Of a stretch of DNA of 64,000 bases, positions 9,049-18,449 are shown one piece after another. Positions within the stretch are counted from its first letter, which is position 1, and each line of letters opens with the position of its first letter. The stretch is from Cytophagales bacterium. GTDB taxonomy: Bacteria; Bacteroidota; Bacteroidia; Cytophagales; Flexibacteraceae. The notes below the pieces were generated by a model. That model saw only the letters and a list, made by a program, of their open reading frames with translations. It made no database searches and was not told where the DNA came from. Location of the stretch: positions 3,810-67,809 of the forward strand of contig JBBRCC010000007.1 of NCBI GenBank assembly GCA_038205175.1. The letters are read 5' to 3'. A program made the position numbers and the translations under genes.

Positions 9049-9873
9049 TCATATTTGGGAAGTGTTGCGTTCTTCAGTTTTTGCTTGCTCCCAATAAACA
9101 TTCATTTCTTCTAAACTCATATTGCCCAAATGCTTGCCATCTGCTTTTGAAGCTGATTCCAGGAAGTTGAATCTTCGAATGAATTTGTGGTTAGTTCTTT
9201 CCAAGGCCTGATCTGGATTTACGCCTATAAACCGGGCATAATTTACCAGTGCAAATAGCACATCACCAAATTCATCTTCAACCTTTGAAGCGTCAATGTT
9301 GGGGTCATTTATTTCTGTAGAAAGTTCGCTTAACTCTTCTTCTACTTTTTCCCAAACCTGTTTTTTTTCTTCCCAGTCAAAACCAACCGACCTGGCCTTT
9401 TCCTGGATTCTCATGGCTTTCACCAAAGAAGGCAAGGAGCGAGGCACGCCAGCCAAAACACCTTGATTATCCTTTTCCTTTAACTTTAACTGCTCCCAAT
9501 TGGCTTTCACCTCGGCTTCGGTTTCTGCCTTTACATCACCATAAATATGTGGATGCCTATGCACCAGTTTGGCGCAAAGCGAATGAATAACTGAACTTAT
9601 GTCGAATAGTTGAGTCTCGCTTCCAATCCTGGCATAAAACACAATATGAAGTAAAATGTCGCCAAGCTCTTTTTCAATTTCTTTGTTGTTTCCGGCCAAA
9701 ATAGCATCACCCAATTCATGAATTTCTTCAATTGATAAGTGGCGCAGGCTTTCAAAAGTTTGCTTTTTGTCCCAGGGGCATTGTTCTCGCAGCTCATCCA
9801 TAATGGTAAGCAGCCTGTCGAACGCTTCCAACTTGGTTTTTCTATTTGGGTCCTGGCTGTTGAATTTTATCAT
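9049..9873 (-). CDS. mazG: Nucleoside triphosphate pyrophosphohydrolase MazG (tandem MazG domains)
   Basis: 274 aa. Has LREQCPWDKKQT..SL....IEE.HE motifs and a second EExGDVLFALVNYAR domain. Its ATG overlaps the upstream gene's stop (ATGA). Confidence 0.85.
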   Translation of the reverse strand: MIKFNSQDPNRKTKLEAFDRLLTIMDELREQCPWDKKQTFESLRHLSIEEIHELGDAILAGNNKEIEKELGDILLHIVFYARIGSETQLFDISSVIHSLCAKLVHRHPHIYGDVKAETEAEVKANWEQLKLKEKDNQGVLAGVPRSLPSLVKAMRIQEKARSVGFDWEEKKQVWEKVEEELSELSTEINDPNIDASKVEDEFGDVLFALVNYARFIGVNPDQALERTNHKFIRRFNFLESASKADGKHLGNMSLEEMNVYWEQAKTEERNTSQI

Positions 9874-10586
9874 CGAAGGCTGTTTAAAAAAGTATTGTAG
9901 CTGTTGTCATAAATGCGTTTGCTGCTCCAGGTTACTCCTTCCCGAACCACTTTGGCAGGTATGCCTGCACCGATGCAACCAGCAGGAAATGGCTTGCTGA
10001 TTAAACTCCGGATACCGATGATGGCATTTGCGCCTATGTCTGCTCCTCCCAATACCTGCGAATATGCCCCGAGCCAAACATTGTTGCCAATAGTTACATT
10101 TTTGGCATAGTTGATTCTTTTGCCAGTTGCTGCCTCAAAAATAGAATGGGAATCTCCATTTCGAATATCTACATCGAATGAAAACATGCAGTCTTCACCA
10201 ATCATAATACTGCGATTTGGTTCTGTAACAGCCACATGTCCATGTCGTTGCATGGTGGTTCTGTCGCCAAATTTTATGGTGCAACCTTCATCTTCAAACC
10301 AGATGAGCGACTCAGTAAGCACTACGTCTTTACCTATATGAAGGGTGTGTTTGTTGCCCAGCATCACAATATTGCAATTTTTTACTGAAGCCCCCGGCTC
10401 AATAATGATCACATTGTTGTTTCCTTTTATGTCGAAAACATTGTCGCAAACCATGGCACGCAGTGTAGTAATCCGGTTTTCTCTACCCTGCAAAATGGTC
10501 TTATTCCCTCGCCAATGGAATCTGAATTTGTAGAGCAAATTCATGAGCCAGGTAGTGTTTTTTAAACTGTTGCTAAGGCTTCCCAT
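9870..10586 (-). CDS. Left-handed beta-helix (hexapeptide-repeat) acyl/acetyltransferase
   Basis: 238 aa. C-terminal hexapeptide repeats (IGNNVWLGAYSQVLGGADIGANAIIG) follow a roughly 130-aa non-canonical N-terminal region. Confidence 0.7.
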   Translation of the reverse strand: MGSLSNSLKNTTWLMNLLYKFRFHWRGNKTILQGRENRITTLRAMVCDNVFDIKGNNNVIIIEPGASVKNCNIVMLGNKHTLHIGKDVVLTESLIWFEDEGCTIKFGDRTTMQRHGHVAVTEPNRSIMIGEDCMFSFDVDIRNGDSHSIFEAATGKRINYAKNVTIGNNVWLGAYSQVLGGADIGANAIIGIRSLISKPFPAGCIGAGIPAKVVREGVTWSSKRIYDNSYNTFLNSLR

Positions 10587-10597
10587 ATTTATTTGGC

Positions 10598-11569
10598 TTA
10601 AAATCCGGTGGCTTTTTTTATTCGGCTTAGGGTGGCTTCGGCAATCGGTTTTGCTTTCAATGCACCAGCTTTTAAAATATCATCCAACTTTTTCGGGTTT
10701 GCCATCAGCTGATGAAACAGCAATCGCTCCTGTTGAAATTTGGAGGTGATGAGTTCATATAAGGATTGTTTAGCAGTTCCATACCCATAGTTGCCTTGCA
10801 GGTAATTGTTGCGCATTTCGGCAGTTTGCCCCTCATCGGCCAATAAGGTAAATAATTTATAGACAGTACAAGTGTCGGGGTCTTTGGGTTCTTCGAGTGG
10901 CGTACTGTCTGTTTTTATCGACATGATGGTTTTCCTCAAAGGCTTTTCCTCTTGAAAAATATCGATGGTATTGTTGTACGACTTGCTCATTTTTTGGCCA
11001 TCCGTTCCTGGAATAATCATCACATTTTTGTCTACACTTGGCTCCGGCAGCACAAAAATATCTTGTTGGTAGATATGGTTAATCGAACTGGCAATATCAC
11101 GGGCAATTTCCAGGTGTTGCACCTGATCTTTTCCTATAGGCACCACGTTGATGTTGTAGAGCAGAATGTCTGCTGCCATCAATACTGGATAATAAAATAA
11201 ACCTGCGTTTACATCTGCAAGGCGATCCGACTTGTCCTTGAAACTATGGGCGTTGGCCAGCATAGGGTAGGGGGTAAAGCAACCCAAATACCATGTCAAC
11301 TCAGTTACTTCCGGTCGGTGACTTTGGCAGAAAAGGGTGTGTTTATCAGTATCGAAACCAAAAGCCAACCAGCATGCCGCTACCGACAACGTGTTTTGCC
11401 TGCGAACTTCTGCGTCCTTGATGGTGGTGAGTGAATGAAAGTCAGCAATAAAATACATAAATTCTCCAGAAACATGCTGAGAAAATCGAATTGCAGGTTC
11501 TATAGCCCCCAGAATATTTCCGAGGTGAGGCTGGCCTGAACTTTGTATTCCGGTCAAATATCGGGTCAT
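10598..11569 (-). CDS. trpS: Tryptophan--tRNA ligase
   Basis: 323 aa. Class I motifs GQPHLGN (HIGH-type) and KMSKS. Overall TrpS layout. Confidence 0.9.
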   Translation of the reverse strand: MTRYLTGIQSSGQPHLGNILGAIEPAIRFSQHVSGEFMYFIADFHSLTTIKDAEVRRQNTLSVAACWLAFGFDTDKHTLFCQSHRPEVTELTWYLGCFTPYPMLANAHSFKDKSDRLADVNAGLFYYPVLMAADILLYNINVVPIGKDQVQHLEIARDIASSINHIYQQDIFVLPEPSVDKNVMIIPGTDGQKMSKSYNNTIDIFQEEKPLRKTIMSIKTDSTPLEEPKDPDTCTVYKLFTLLADEGQTAEMRNNYLQGNYGYGTAKQSLYELITSKFQQERLLFHQLMANPKKLDDILKAGALKAKPIAEATLSRIKKATGF

Positions 11570-11636
11570 GTTTTAAAAATTGGTCGAAAATTGCAATCTG
11601 CCCGGCAAAATAGACTTTCTTGCACTATAAATCCGA

Positions 11637-12719
11637 ATGATGAACATGAAGTGGTTTTTATGGCAATGCGTGCTCATGCTGGCCTTGTCTTTCAATTCCC
11701 GGGCTCAAATGCCTTATATTCAGTTTGATAAAACGGAATATGACTTCGGAAAAATTAGGGAAAAAGATGGAATTGCTACTTGCAGGTTTTCCTTTAAAAA
11801 CGAAGGAAAAAGCCCGTTAATCATTACTCAGGTGCAGGCATCTTGTGGTTGCACTACCCCAAGTTGGTCAAAAGACTCGGTGCTGCCCGGGCAAAAAGGT
11901 TTCGTGGAAGCTGCTTACAATCCAGAGGGGCGGCCGGGGCCATTTTTAAAAACGCTCACCATTTTTTCTAACGCTACCATTTCCTCCGTTAATCTTATAA
12001 TAAAAGGTGATGTACAGGCAGAAGTGCCGACAAGGGCAGACCAATTTCCCAGAAAGCTGGGGAACATTCGCTTGTTGAGCGAATACCTGCAAATGGGGTC
12101 CCTCAGCTCTCAGGGAGAGATGACTCAAAGTTTTGAAATTTACAATGATTCAAAGTCGGCAGTAAAACCAAAGTTCGATAGTTTACCAGCTTTTGTTAAA
12201 ATTAATTTTGTGCCTTCAAAATTGAAAAAAGGCCAAAGCGGAAAAATGCTGGTCACGTTTTCAGCAAAAAATTATCAGCAATGGGGGCATGTTTCAATTC
12301 CGGTTTATTTGAAAACAAGACAAAAGGATGAAGCAAGAGAACTGCTTTTTCTGAATGCTTTGGTTGAGGATGAACCCCGGGATTTGCCAGTTCAAGAGCA
12401 AAACAAGCAGCCAATTGCAACGCTATCAGAAGAAAAGATGAATTTAGGTGTGTGGAAGGTAGATCAAATTGCCACAGGTAATCTGAGAATAAAAAATACG
12501 GGATTAAAGCCTTTATTACTGCACAAGTTCGAACCGAGCTGTGGTTGTATTCAGGTGGTGGAACTTAAAAAAACCATTGATCCAGAATCGCATGTAGATT
12601 TTCCTGTTTCGCTAAAAAGTATGGGCAAAAAGGGCAACCTCGAATACCAGATAACGCTGTACACCAACGACCCTGTGAAGCCAACCCAGACCAAAGAAAT
12701 TGTGGTAAGATTTGAATGA
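11637..12719 (+). CDS. DUF1573-repeat secreted protein (two canonical CGC-containing DUF1573 domains flanking a degenerate one)
   Basis: Signal peptide present. FDKTEYDFGKI...F.F.N.G..PL.I..V.ASCGCT at the N-terminus and a second ...EPSCGCI domain at the C-terminus. The start could instead be ATG 11646. Confidence 0.7.
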   Translation: MMNMKWFLWQCVLMLALSFNSRAQMPYIQFDKTEYDFGKIREKDGIATCRFSFKNEGKSPLIITQVQASCGCTTPSWSKDSVLPGQKGFVEAAYNPEGRPGPFLKTLTIFSNATISSVNLIIKGDVQAEVPTRADQFPRKLGNIRLLSEYLQMGSLSSQGEMTQSFEIYNDSKSAVKPKFDSLPAFVKINFVPSKLKKGQSGKMLVTFSAKNYQQWGHVSIPVYLKTRQKDEARELLFLNALVEDEPRDLPVQEQNKQPIATLSEEKMNLGVWKVDQIATGNLRIKNTGLKPLLLHKFEPSCGCIQVVELKKTIDPESHVDFPVSLKSMGKKGNLEYQITLYTNDPVKPTQTKEIVVRFE

Positions 12720-12832
12720 ATTTGCTTTAAAACACTTAAACACATGGTTTGAAGCAGGTTTAAAATTTTAGCAAGGCCAGAAGTTATTTCACAATATTCA
12801 AAAATCTCAAGCGTCTTTGTGCCGATTCGTTT

Positions 12833-12840
12833 TAGCTTTG
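12833..12840 (+). promoter_or_regulatory. Candidate -7 box (TAGCTTTG) upstream of the beta-barrel gene
   Basis: TAnnTTTG match 34 nt upstream of ATG 12875. A TTTG lies 13 nt further upstream, which is shorter than the canonical spacing. Confidence 0.25.
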
Positions 12841-12874
12841 CAAGCCAACAAACACCAACCAAAACACTGAATTA

Positions 12875-13720
12875 ATGCAATATGGCTTTAAAAGTATTTT
12901 TAGGTATACCTTCAAGCATTCCCTTCTTGTTTGGTTGCTTTTTGTAGCCGCACATTCAAGTTTTGCCGCAAGTAAAAGCAACGATGAAGAGGTGTGGCCG
13001 GGAAAGACTCCGAGGAAGAAATTAGGCAATCGTCAAAAAGCTGTAAGTTTCTTCAATATCGATGTGTTTGCAGGGCCTGCATTAAACAACGCAAGTGGCG
13101 ACTATTTGAAATTTCAGGAACAGTATTATCAAACAGGTCAGGATTATCTGATAGCTGGCGGAGAGTTTAAAAACTATTTTGGGTTTACCGGTGGATTGGC
13201 TTTCCGAATTGTGCCATTTTGGAAAAAAATGAATAAACTTTCAGAGCTGTCTGCTTATGCAGGAATTCAGTATTATCGCAGAGGTTTTATTCATGAATTT
13301 TCCATGGAAAACGTGGCCACCAGACCTGCCAGCGATTTTACAAGGTGGAAAGAAAGCTATTCATCAAACCATGTTTCTATTCCGATTATGTTCAGGTACG
13401 GAAGTAAATTTCATATAGAGGCTGGTATTGCACCTGAGATTTTTGTTGGTGGAAACATGCAACAAATCATAGAACGAAAGTCGTTTGGCACGGCTCCATT
13501 TGCTGGTGGTTTCGATGAAAAGGAGGTTTTAGATCATGAGCTTTCGGGCAAAACAATGAAACCACTCACACTGGGATTTAACGCTGGAATCGGATATAAC
13601 TTTATACAAGAATTTGCTGTTAAGTTTTTGGTGAACTACAACACAGGCTACTTCAAACAAGAGCCAAATTTGAAACACATACAGGGATCTTTTCTACTAA
13701 TCTACACATGGCATCAATAA
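12875..13720 (+). CDS. Outer-membrane beta-barrel protein (OMP_b-brl_2/PorT-like class)
   Basis: Signal peptide present. Alternating hydrophobic beta-strand pattern with aromatic girdle residues, SIPIMFRYG and an aromatic-rich C-terminus. Confidence 0.5.
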   Translation: MQYGFKSIFRYTFKHSLLVWLLFVAAHSSFAASKSNDEEVWPGKTPRKKLGNRQKAVSFFNIDVFAGPALNNASGDYLKFQEQYYQTGQDYLIAGGEFKNYFGFTGGLAFRIVPFWKKMNKLSELSAYAGIQYYRRGFIHEFSMENVATRPASDFTRWKESYSSNHVSIPIMFRYGSKFHIEAGIAPEIFVGGNMQQIIERKSFGTAPFAGGFDEKEVLDHELSGKTMKPLTLGFNAGIGYNFIQEFAVKFLVNYNTGYFKQEPNLKHIQGSFLLIYTWHQ

Positions 13721-14580
13721 AAAAAGCACTTTTATTTTTTCTGTTAGGCGGGTTATTTTTCATAGAAGGATGTAAAAAAGTAGACCTTGAGCTCGAGTCT
13801 ACTGAATTAGGCATAGATCCTATTCAACACCCTGATGTTTTTGTGAAACTTCTGCAAACAAGAGGGCGTTATTATGATAAACCTATGCCTCAGGGTGGAG
13901 ACACTTCATTTGGATTTTTACCTTTCGACTATCCTGATGTTATTGATTTTCAAAAAACAGTTGAAATTCCTATTTCATTTCGTATTCAAAACCTGAATAA
14001 TTTATTCACAGTTGACTCTGTTTTTTTCTCCATCGATGGTTCGTTTGGCCATTGGGCAGTGCCTTTCACAAGATCTGCCAATGTGGTTACTTTCAGGGTT
14101 TTAATACCAAATACAATTAGAAACGGCGAATTTTGTCTTCAGTTTAAAGCCCTGATAAAAGCAGCTGGAAACAGGTTTTTTACTAAACCTGGAAAAGTTT
14201 GCTTCATAAATCCACCACCAGTTTTCTGTGGAGATACATTGTATGGTAGGGTAGTCGTTACCCCGATTCTTTCTATTAGAAAGATGATATTAAGCGACAA
14301 GAAAGGCCCGATTATTTTTAATTGGGGTAGCGGGACAAACGCAGATCGTTTCGACGTTAAATGGAACAACAAATTTGTTGTAAGCAGTGGAACTTTATTA
14401 GAACCAGGTCAAGTACCCAGATGTACATCAGATGGTTTTATAATTACAGGCTTTAGGCGAACGAAGGATTATGAATGGACGGAATACGACCCCAGCATAT
14501 CAAGAGAAATCACCATTTTTTGCCATAAAGGCTGCGGCGATGGATCCACAGAGTGGAGATTCATAGCTAAATGTCCATGA
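13708..14580 (+). CDS. Hypothetical Cys-rich lipoprotein
   Basis: Lipobox FFIEGC. No family recognised. C-terminal CHKGCGDGSTEWRFIAKCP. 13-nt overlap with the upstream gene. Confidence 0.5.
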   Translation: MASIKKALLFFLLGGLFFIEGCKKVDLELESTELGIDPIQHPDVFVKLLQTRGRYYDKPMPQGGDTSFGFLPFDYPDVIDFQKTVEIPISFRIQNLNNLFTVDSVFFSIDGSFGHWAVPFTRSANVVTFRVLIPNTIRNGEFCLQFKALIKAAGNRFFTKPGKVCFINPPPVFCGDTLYGRVVVTPILSIRKMILSDKKGPIIFNWGSGTNADRFDVKWNNKFVVSSGTLLEPGQVPRCTSDGFIITGFRRTKDYEWTEYDPSISREITIFCHKGCGDGSTEWRFIAKCP

Positions 14581-14602
14581 TAGTATTTCCAAAAACAAAC
14601 AC

Positions 14603-15631
14603 ATGTCTAGAACAGAAATAGCCGAATTGGGTGAGTTTGGCCTAATAGACCGCATAAAATCGAACATCGTGCATTCAAATCCGAGCACGTGCGTGGGTAT
14701 AGGCGATGATGCAGCAGTTATTATTCCAATAGAAGGCGAGCAAATGGTTTTAAGCACCGATATGCTCATAGAAGGTGTGCATTTTGATCTGTCATTTGCT
14801 CCGCTCTCGCACATTGGTTACAAAGCTGTAGTTGTCAATGTCTCTGATATTGCAGCCATGAATGCCGTGCCGACCCAGCTTGTTGTGAGCCTTGGGTTGA
14901 GCAATCGCTTTTCGGTGGAAGCTGTCGATGAATTGTATCAAGGAATTTCTAAAGCTTGCGAAAACTACCGTGTGGATTTGGTTGGAGGAGATACAACTGC
15001 TTCGCCTTCAGGCCTTGTGATTAGTATCTCTATCATAGGCTTTGCTAAACCCGATTCACTTGTGAAAAGGAATGGTGCCAAACCAGGTGATGTGATTTGT
15101 GTGTCAGGTGACTTGGGAGCGGCTTATATGGGTTTAAATCTCCTGAACAGAGAGAAAATTGCCTACAAGCAAAACCCCGAAATGCAACCGGATTTTAAGG
15201 AAGAACATGAATACCTGATTAGAAGGCAACTAATGCCCGAAGCAAGGACTGATTTGATTCATGAACTGAAAGAATTGAAGGTTGTTCCCCATGCCATGAT
15301 CGATATTTCTGATGGGCTAGCCTCTGAAGCTTTGCATATATGCAAGCAATCGGGTGTGGGTATGTATATTTTTGAAGATAAGCTTCCCATAGAAAACGAC
15401 ACCAAACTTGCAGCCTCAGAATTCGGTATTTCGCCCACTACTGCTGCTCTGAATGGAGGCGAAGACTATGAACTGTTGTTTACAATAAGTGCTCAGGAAT
15501 TTGAGAAAATCAGGCATTTGCCAGATGTTTTTCCGGTTGGAATAGTGAAAGAGCAAGAGCATGGAGTAAATCTGGTGACGCCTGATGGACAAAAAATCCC
15601 CATCCAAGCGCAGGGTTGGAAGCATTTTTAG
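14603..15631 (+). CDS. thiL: Thiamine-monophosphate kinase
   Basis: 342 aa. LGEFGLIDRI...GIGDDAAV...STDMLIEGVHF and GGDT motifs of the ThiL/AIR-synthase-like fold. Confidence 0.85.
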   Translation: MSRTEIAELGEFGLIDRIKSNIVHSNPSTCVGIGDDAAVIIPIEGEQMVLSTDMLIEGVHFDLSFAPLSHIGYKAVVVNVSDIAAMNAVPTQLVVSLGLSNRFSVEAVDELYQGISKACENYRVDLVGGDTTASPSGLVISISIIGFAKPDSLVKRNGAKPGDVICVSGDLGAAYMGLNLLNREKIAYKQNPEMQPDFKEEHEYLIRRQLMPEARTDLIHELKELKVVPHAMIDISDGLASEALHICKQSGVGMYIFEDKLPIENDTKLAASEFGISPTTAALNGGEDYELLFTISAQEFEKIRHLPDVFPVGIVKEQEHGVNLVTPDGQKIPIQAQGWKHF

Positions 15632-15677
15632 TTTGAAACCTTATTGATTGCCTCAACAGGTAATACATCAAATAATC

Positions 15678-15685
15678 TATATTTG
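15678..15685 (+). promoter_or_regulatory. Candidate -7 box (TATATTTG) for pyrH-frr
   Basis: TAnnTTTG match 23 nt upstream of ATG 15709. Confidence 0.3.
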
Positions 15686-15708
15686 CCGCTGCCGAAAGGC
15701 ACCATCGC

Positions 15709-16416
15709 ATGAAATACAAACGCATACTGCTCAAGCTCAGTGGAGAAGCTTTACTTGGTACAAAAGGTTTTGGTATCGATTCTAAGATGCTCCAGCTTTA
15801 TGCTGCTGAAATTAAAAAGGTAGCACAGCAAGGCGTGCAAGTAGCTATTGTAATAGGGGGAGGCAACATATTCAGAGGCCAGGACGCTCTTGAAGCCGGC
15901 ATAGAAAGAGCCACCGGCGACTACATGGGCATGATGGCAACGCTAATCAACTCCATGGCGCTGCAAGGAGCTTTGGAAAATGAAGGCATGTTCACCCGGC
16001 TCATGTCGGCCATCAAAATTGAAGAGGTGTGTGAGCCCTTTATCAGACGAAGAGCCATCCGGCACATGGAAAAAGGGCGTGTAGTTATTTTTGGTGCAGG
16101 TATTGGACGTCCTTTTTTCACAACAGACTCAGCAGCTAGTTTAAGAGCCATTGAAATTGGAGCCGATGTGGTTTTGAAAGGCACAAAGGTGGATGGTATC
16201 TATTCTGCAGATCCCATGAAAAATCCGGATGCTACCCGATACAGCAGTATTTCATTCGACGAAGTGTATGCCAAAGGCCTCAATGTGATGGACATGACCG
16301 CCTTCACACTTTGCAAGGAAAACGATTTGCCCATCATCGTTTTTGATATCAATAAGCCCAACAACCTACTGAAATTGGTGAAGGGCGAAGAGGTGGGCAC
16401 ATTGGTAACCATGTAA
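15709..16416 (+). CDS. pyrH: UMP kinase
   Basis: 235 aa. [22 protein letters not shown] and typical PyrH length and order, followed by frr. Confidence 0.9.
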   Translation: MKYKRILLKLSGEALLGTKGFGIDSKMLQLYAAEIKKVAQQGVQVAIVIGGGNIFRGQDALEAGIERATGDYMGMMATLINSMALQGALENEGMFTRLMSAIKIEEVCEPFIRRRAIRHMEKGRVVIFGAGIGRPFFTTDSAASLRAIEIGADVVLKGTKVDGIYSADPMKNPDATRYSSISFDEVYAKGLNVMDMTAFTLCKENDLPIIVFDINKPNNLLKLVKGEEVGTLVTM

Positions 16417-16442
16417 TTGCAATAAAGTCAAACCATAAATAA

Positions 16443-17003
16443 ATGGAAGAGATTCAAATGTATCTGGATGAAGCTAAGGAGTTGATGGAAAAATCAATCA
16501 AACACCTTGGTCAGGAACTTGGAAAAATCAGGGCAGGAAAAGCCAGCCCAAATATGTTGGACGGTGTAGTGGTTGACTATTATGGTGTTCCAACACCAAT
16601 CAATCAAGCAGCAACTGTAAATTCAACTGACGCTAGAACGTTGGTAATCAGGCCATTCGAAAGGAAAATTTTAGGTGATGTAGAAAGAGCCATTATAAAC
16701 AGTGATTTAGGGCTTAATCCACAGAACGACGGCGAAATCATCAGAATTGTGATTCCTGCACTTACAGAAGAGCGGCGCCGTGATTTGATGAAACAAGTGA
16801 AGCAAGAAGTTGAAGCTGGAAAAGTATCGATCAGAAACATCAGAAAAGAAATCAACGAAGGCTTGCGAAAATTGCTCAAAGAAGGTGCCTCAGAAGATGA
16901 CATAAAACGTGCTGAAGAAAAAGTGCAACAATTCACTGACACCTTTGTCCACAAAGCTGATGAGTCAACCTCCGCCAAAGAAAAGGAAATTATGACCATT
17001 TAA
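16443..17003 (+). CDS. frr: Ribosome recycling factor
   Basis: 186 aa. IRAGKASPNMLD, LNPQNDG and LTEERRRDL motifs. Confidence 0.9.
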   Translation: MEEIQMYLDEAKELMEKSIKHLGQELGKIRAGKASPNMLDGVVVDYYGVPTPINQAATVNSTDARTLVIRPFERKILGDVERAIINSDLGLNPQNDGEIIRIVIPALTEERRRDLMKQVKQEVEAGKVSIRNIRKEINEGLRKLLKEGASEDDIKRAEEKVQQFTDTFVHKADESTSAKEKEIMTI

Positions 17004-17456
17004 ATGATGAAAAACTACCTTGTTTTCGGATATATTTGTCTTTTGATTTGTATGGGATGTATAGGCCGTAATCGTTGTGATTGCAACTATGACCCTGCTT
17101 TTACACAATTGAATTTAAGGATAGAAAATAGTGAAGGACAGAACTTGATAGTGGGTCCAAATAGAATCACGCAGTACAGCAACATGTCACTAAGCTATAA
17201 GGATAAATTGAGTAACCTTGTCTATAATATGGACTTTCAACCTGTAGATTTTGATACAAGCGGAATTTCGTTGTACCCACCAAGTGCCGCTTTTTATTAT
17301 TTTAACATTGCTTTTAATCTTCCATCCGATACCATAGGTGTATATTTTAGAAGACAAGAAAACAGTTGCTGCGACAACAGAAGTATTTTCAGAGTCGATA
17401 TCAATGGCGTGGAAACAAAACCGGATAACAAAGGGTTTTACGTGATTAAAAAGTAA
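17004..17456 (+). CDS. Hypothetical small lipoprotein
   Basis: Lipobox-like LICMGC. 150 aa with several Cys pairs. Its ATG directly abuts the frr stop (TAAATG). Confidence 0.45.
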   Translation: MMKNYLVFGYICLLICMGCIGRNRCDCNYDPAFTQLNLRIENSEGQNLIVGPNRITQYSNMSLSYKDKLSNLVYNMDFQPVDFDTSGISLYPPSAAFYYFNIAFNLPSDTIGVYFRRQENSCCDNRSIFRVDINGVETKPDNKGFYVIKK

Positions 17457-17462
17457 ATTATT

Positions 17463-18437
17463 TTGACTGAAGAATTACTTCAACATATTGAAAAAGAGCT
17501 CGATAAATTGCCTTATGGCAATAAGCCTGCTTCTCTATACGACCCCATTCGTTATATAATTTCATTAGGAGGAAAGCGACTGAGGCCCATTTTACTGGTT
17601 TTGAGTGGGCGCATTTTTTCGGACGATGAAGATAATAATCTGCACAATCTCGGTGCTGTAGCAGAAGTTTTTCACAATTTTTCCCTCATGCACGACGACA
17701 TCATGGACAACGCCCCACTACGCAGAGGCAAAGCTACTGTTCATGAAAAGTGGAATGCAAATACAGCCATCCTGTCTGGCGACGTGATGTTGGTGCTGGC
17801 TTATCAACTACTTGCAAAGCTTCCTCAAGATAAATTGCCATTTTGTTTGGAAGCCTTCAATCAGGTGGCAAGAGAAGTATGTGAAGGCCAGCAACTTGAC
17901 ATGGAGTTTGAACAACTCAAAACAGTTTCCATTGACGATTACCTGGATATGATCAGGTTGAAAACAGCTGTGCTCTTAGGTTTTTGTTGTAAGACTGGCG
18001 CTTATCTGGGCGGTGCAAATTCCGAGGATACTAAGCAACTTTATCAGTTTGGGGAGCAAATTGGTGTTGGCTTTCAATTGATGGACGACTACCTTGATGT
18101 GTTTGGCGATTCAGCTAAAGTTGGCAAAAGGGTAGGAGGCGATATCGTTTCAAACAAGAAGACATATTTGCTTATTCAAGCACTTCATTTGGCAGAAGGC
18201 GATGATTTACAGCAACTTAATTTTTGGTTGACAGTGAATGATGAACACAAATTTGACGAGAAAATAAAGTTTGTAACTGCGCTTTATCAAAAGTTAGGAG
18301 TCGATGTTGCTATCAGACAATTAGCCGACAGCTATTTCAACGCTGCTTTTCAGTGCCTTCATACACTTTCAGTAAAAAACGAGGCTATAGATACGTTGAG
18401 TCAGTTTGCCCGGCTACTGATGATGCGGGATAAATAA
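17463..18437 (+). CDS. Polyprenyl diphosphate synthase (trans-isoprenyl, FPP/GGPP-synthase family)
   Basis: 324 aa. First Asp-rich motif MHDDIMD, second motif DDYLD, GGKRLRP. Apparent TTG start. Confidence 0.8.
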   Translation: MTEELLQHIEKELDKLPYGNKPASLYDPIRYIISLGGKRLRPILLVLSGRIFSDDEDNNLHNLGAVAEVFHNFSLMHDDIMDNAPLRRGKATVHEKWNANTAILSGDVMLVLAYQLLAKLPQDKLPFCLEAFNQVAREVCEGQQLDMEFEQLKTVSIDDYLDMIRLKTAVLLGFCCKTGAYLGGANSEDTKQLYQFGEQIGVGFQLMDDYLDVFGDSAKVGKRVGGDIVSNKKTYLLIQALHLAEGDDLQQLNFWLTVNDEHKFDEKIKFVTALYQKLGVDVAIRQLADSYFNAAFQCLHTLSVKNEAIDTLSQFARLLMMRDK

Positions 18438-18449
18438 TGAGTGCTCTGG

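Noticed and set aside
14581-14602. TPP riboswitch upstream of thiL.
   Set aside because: The gap to the preceding gene is only 22 nt, far too short for a THI element. thiL is also not a usual riboswitch target.
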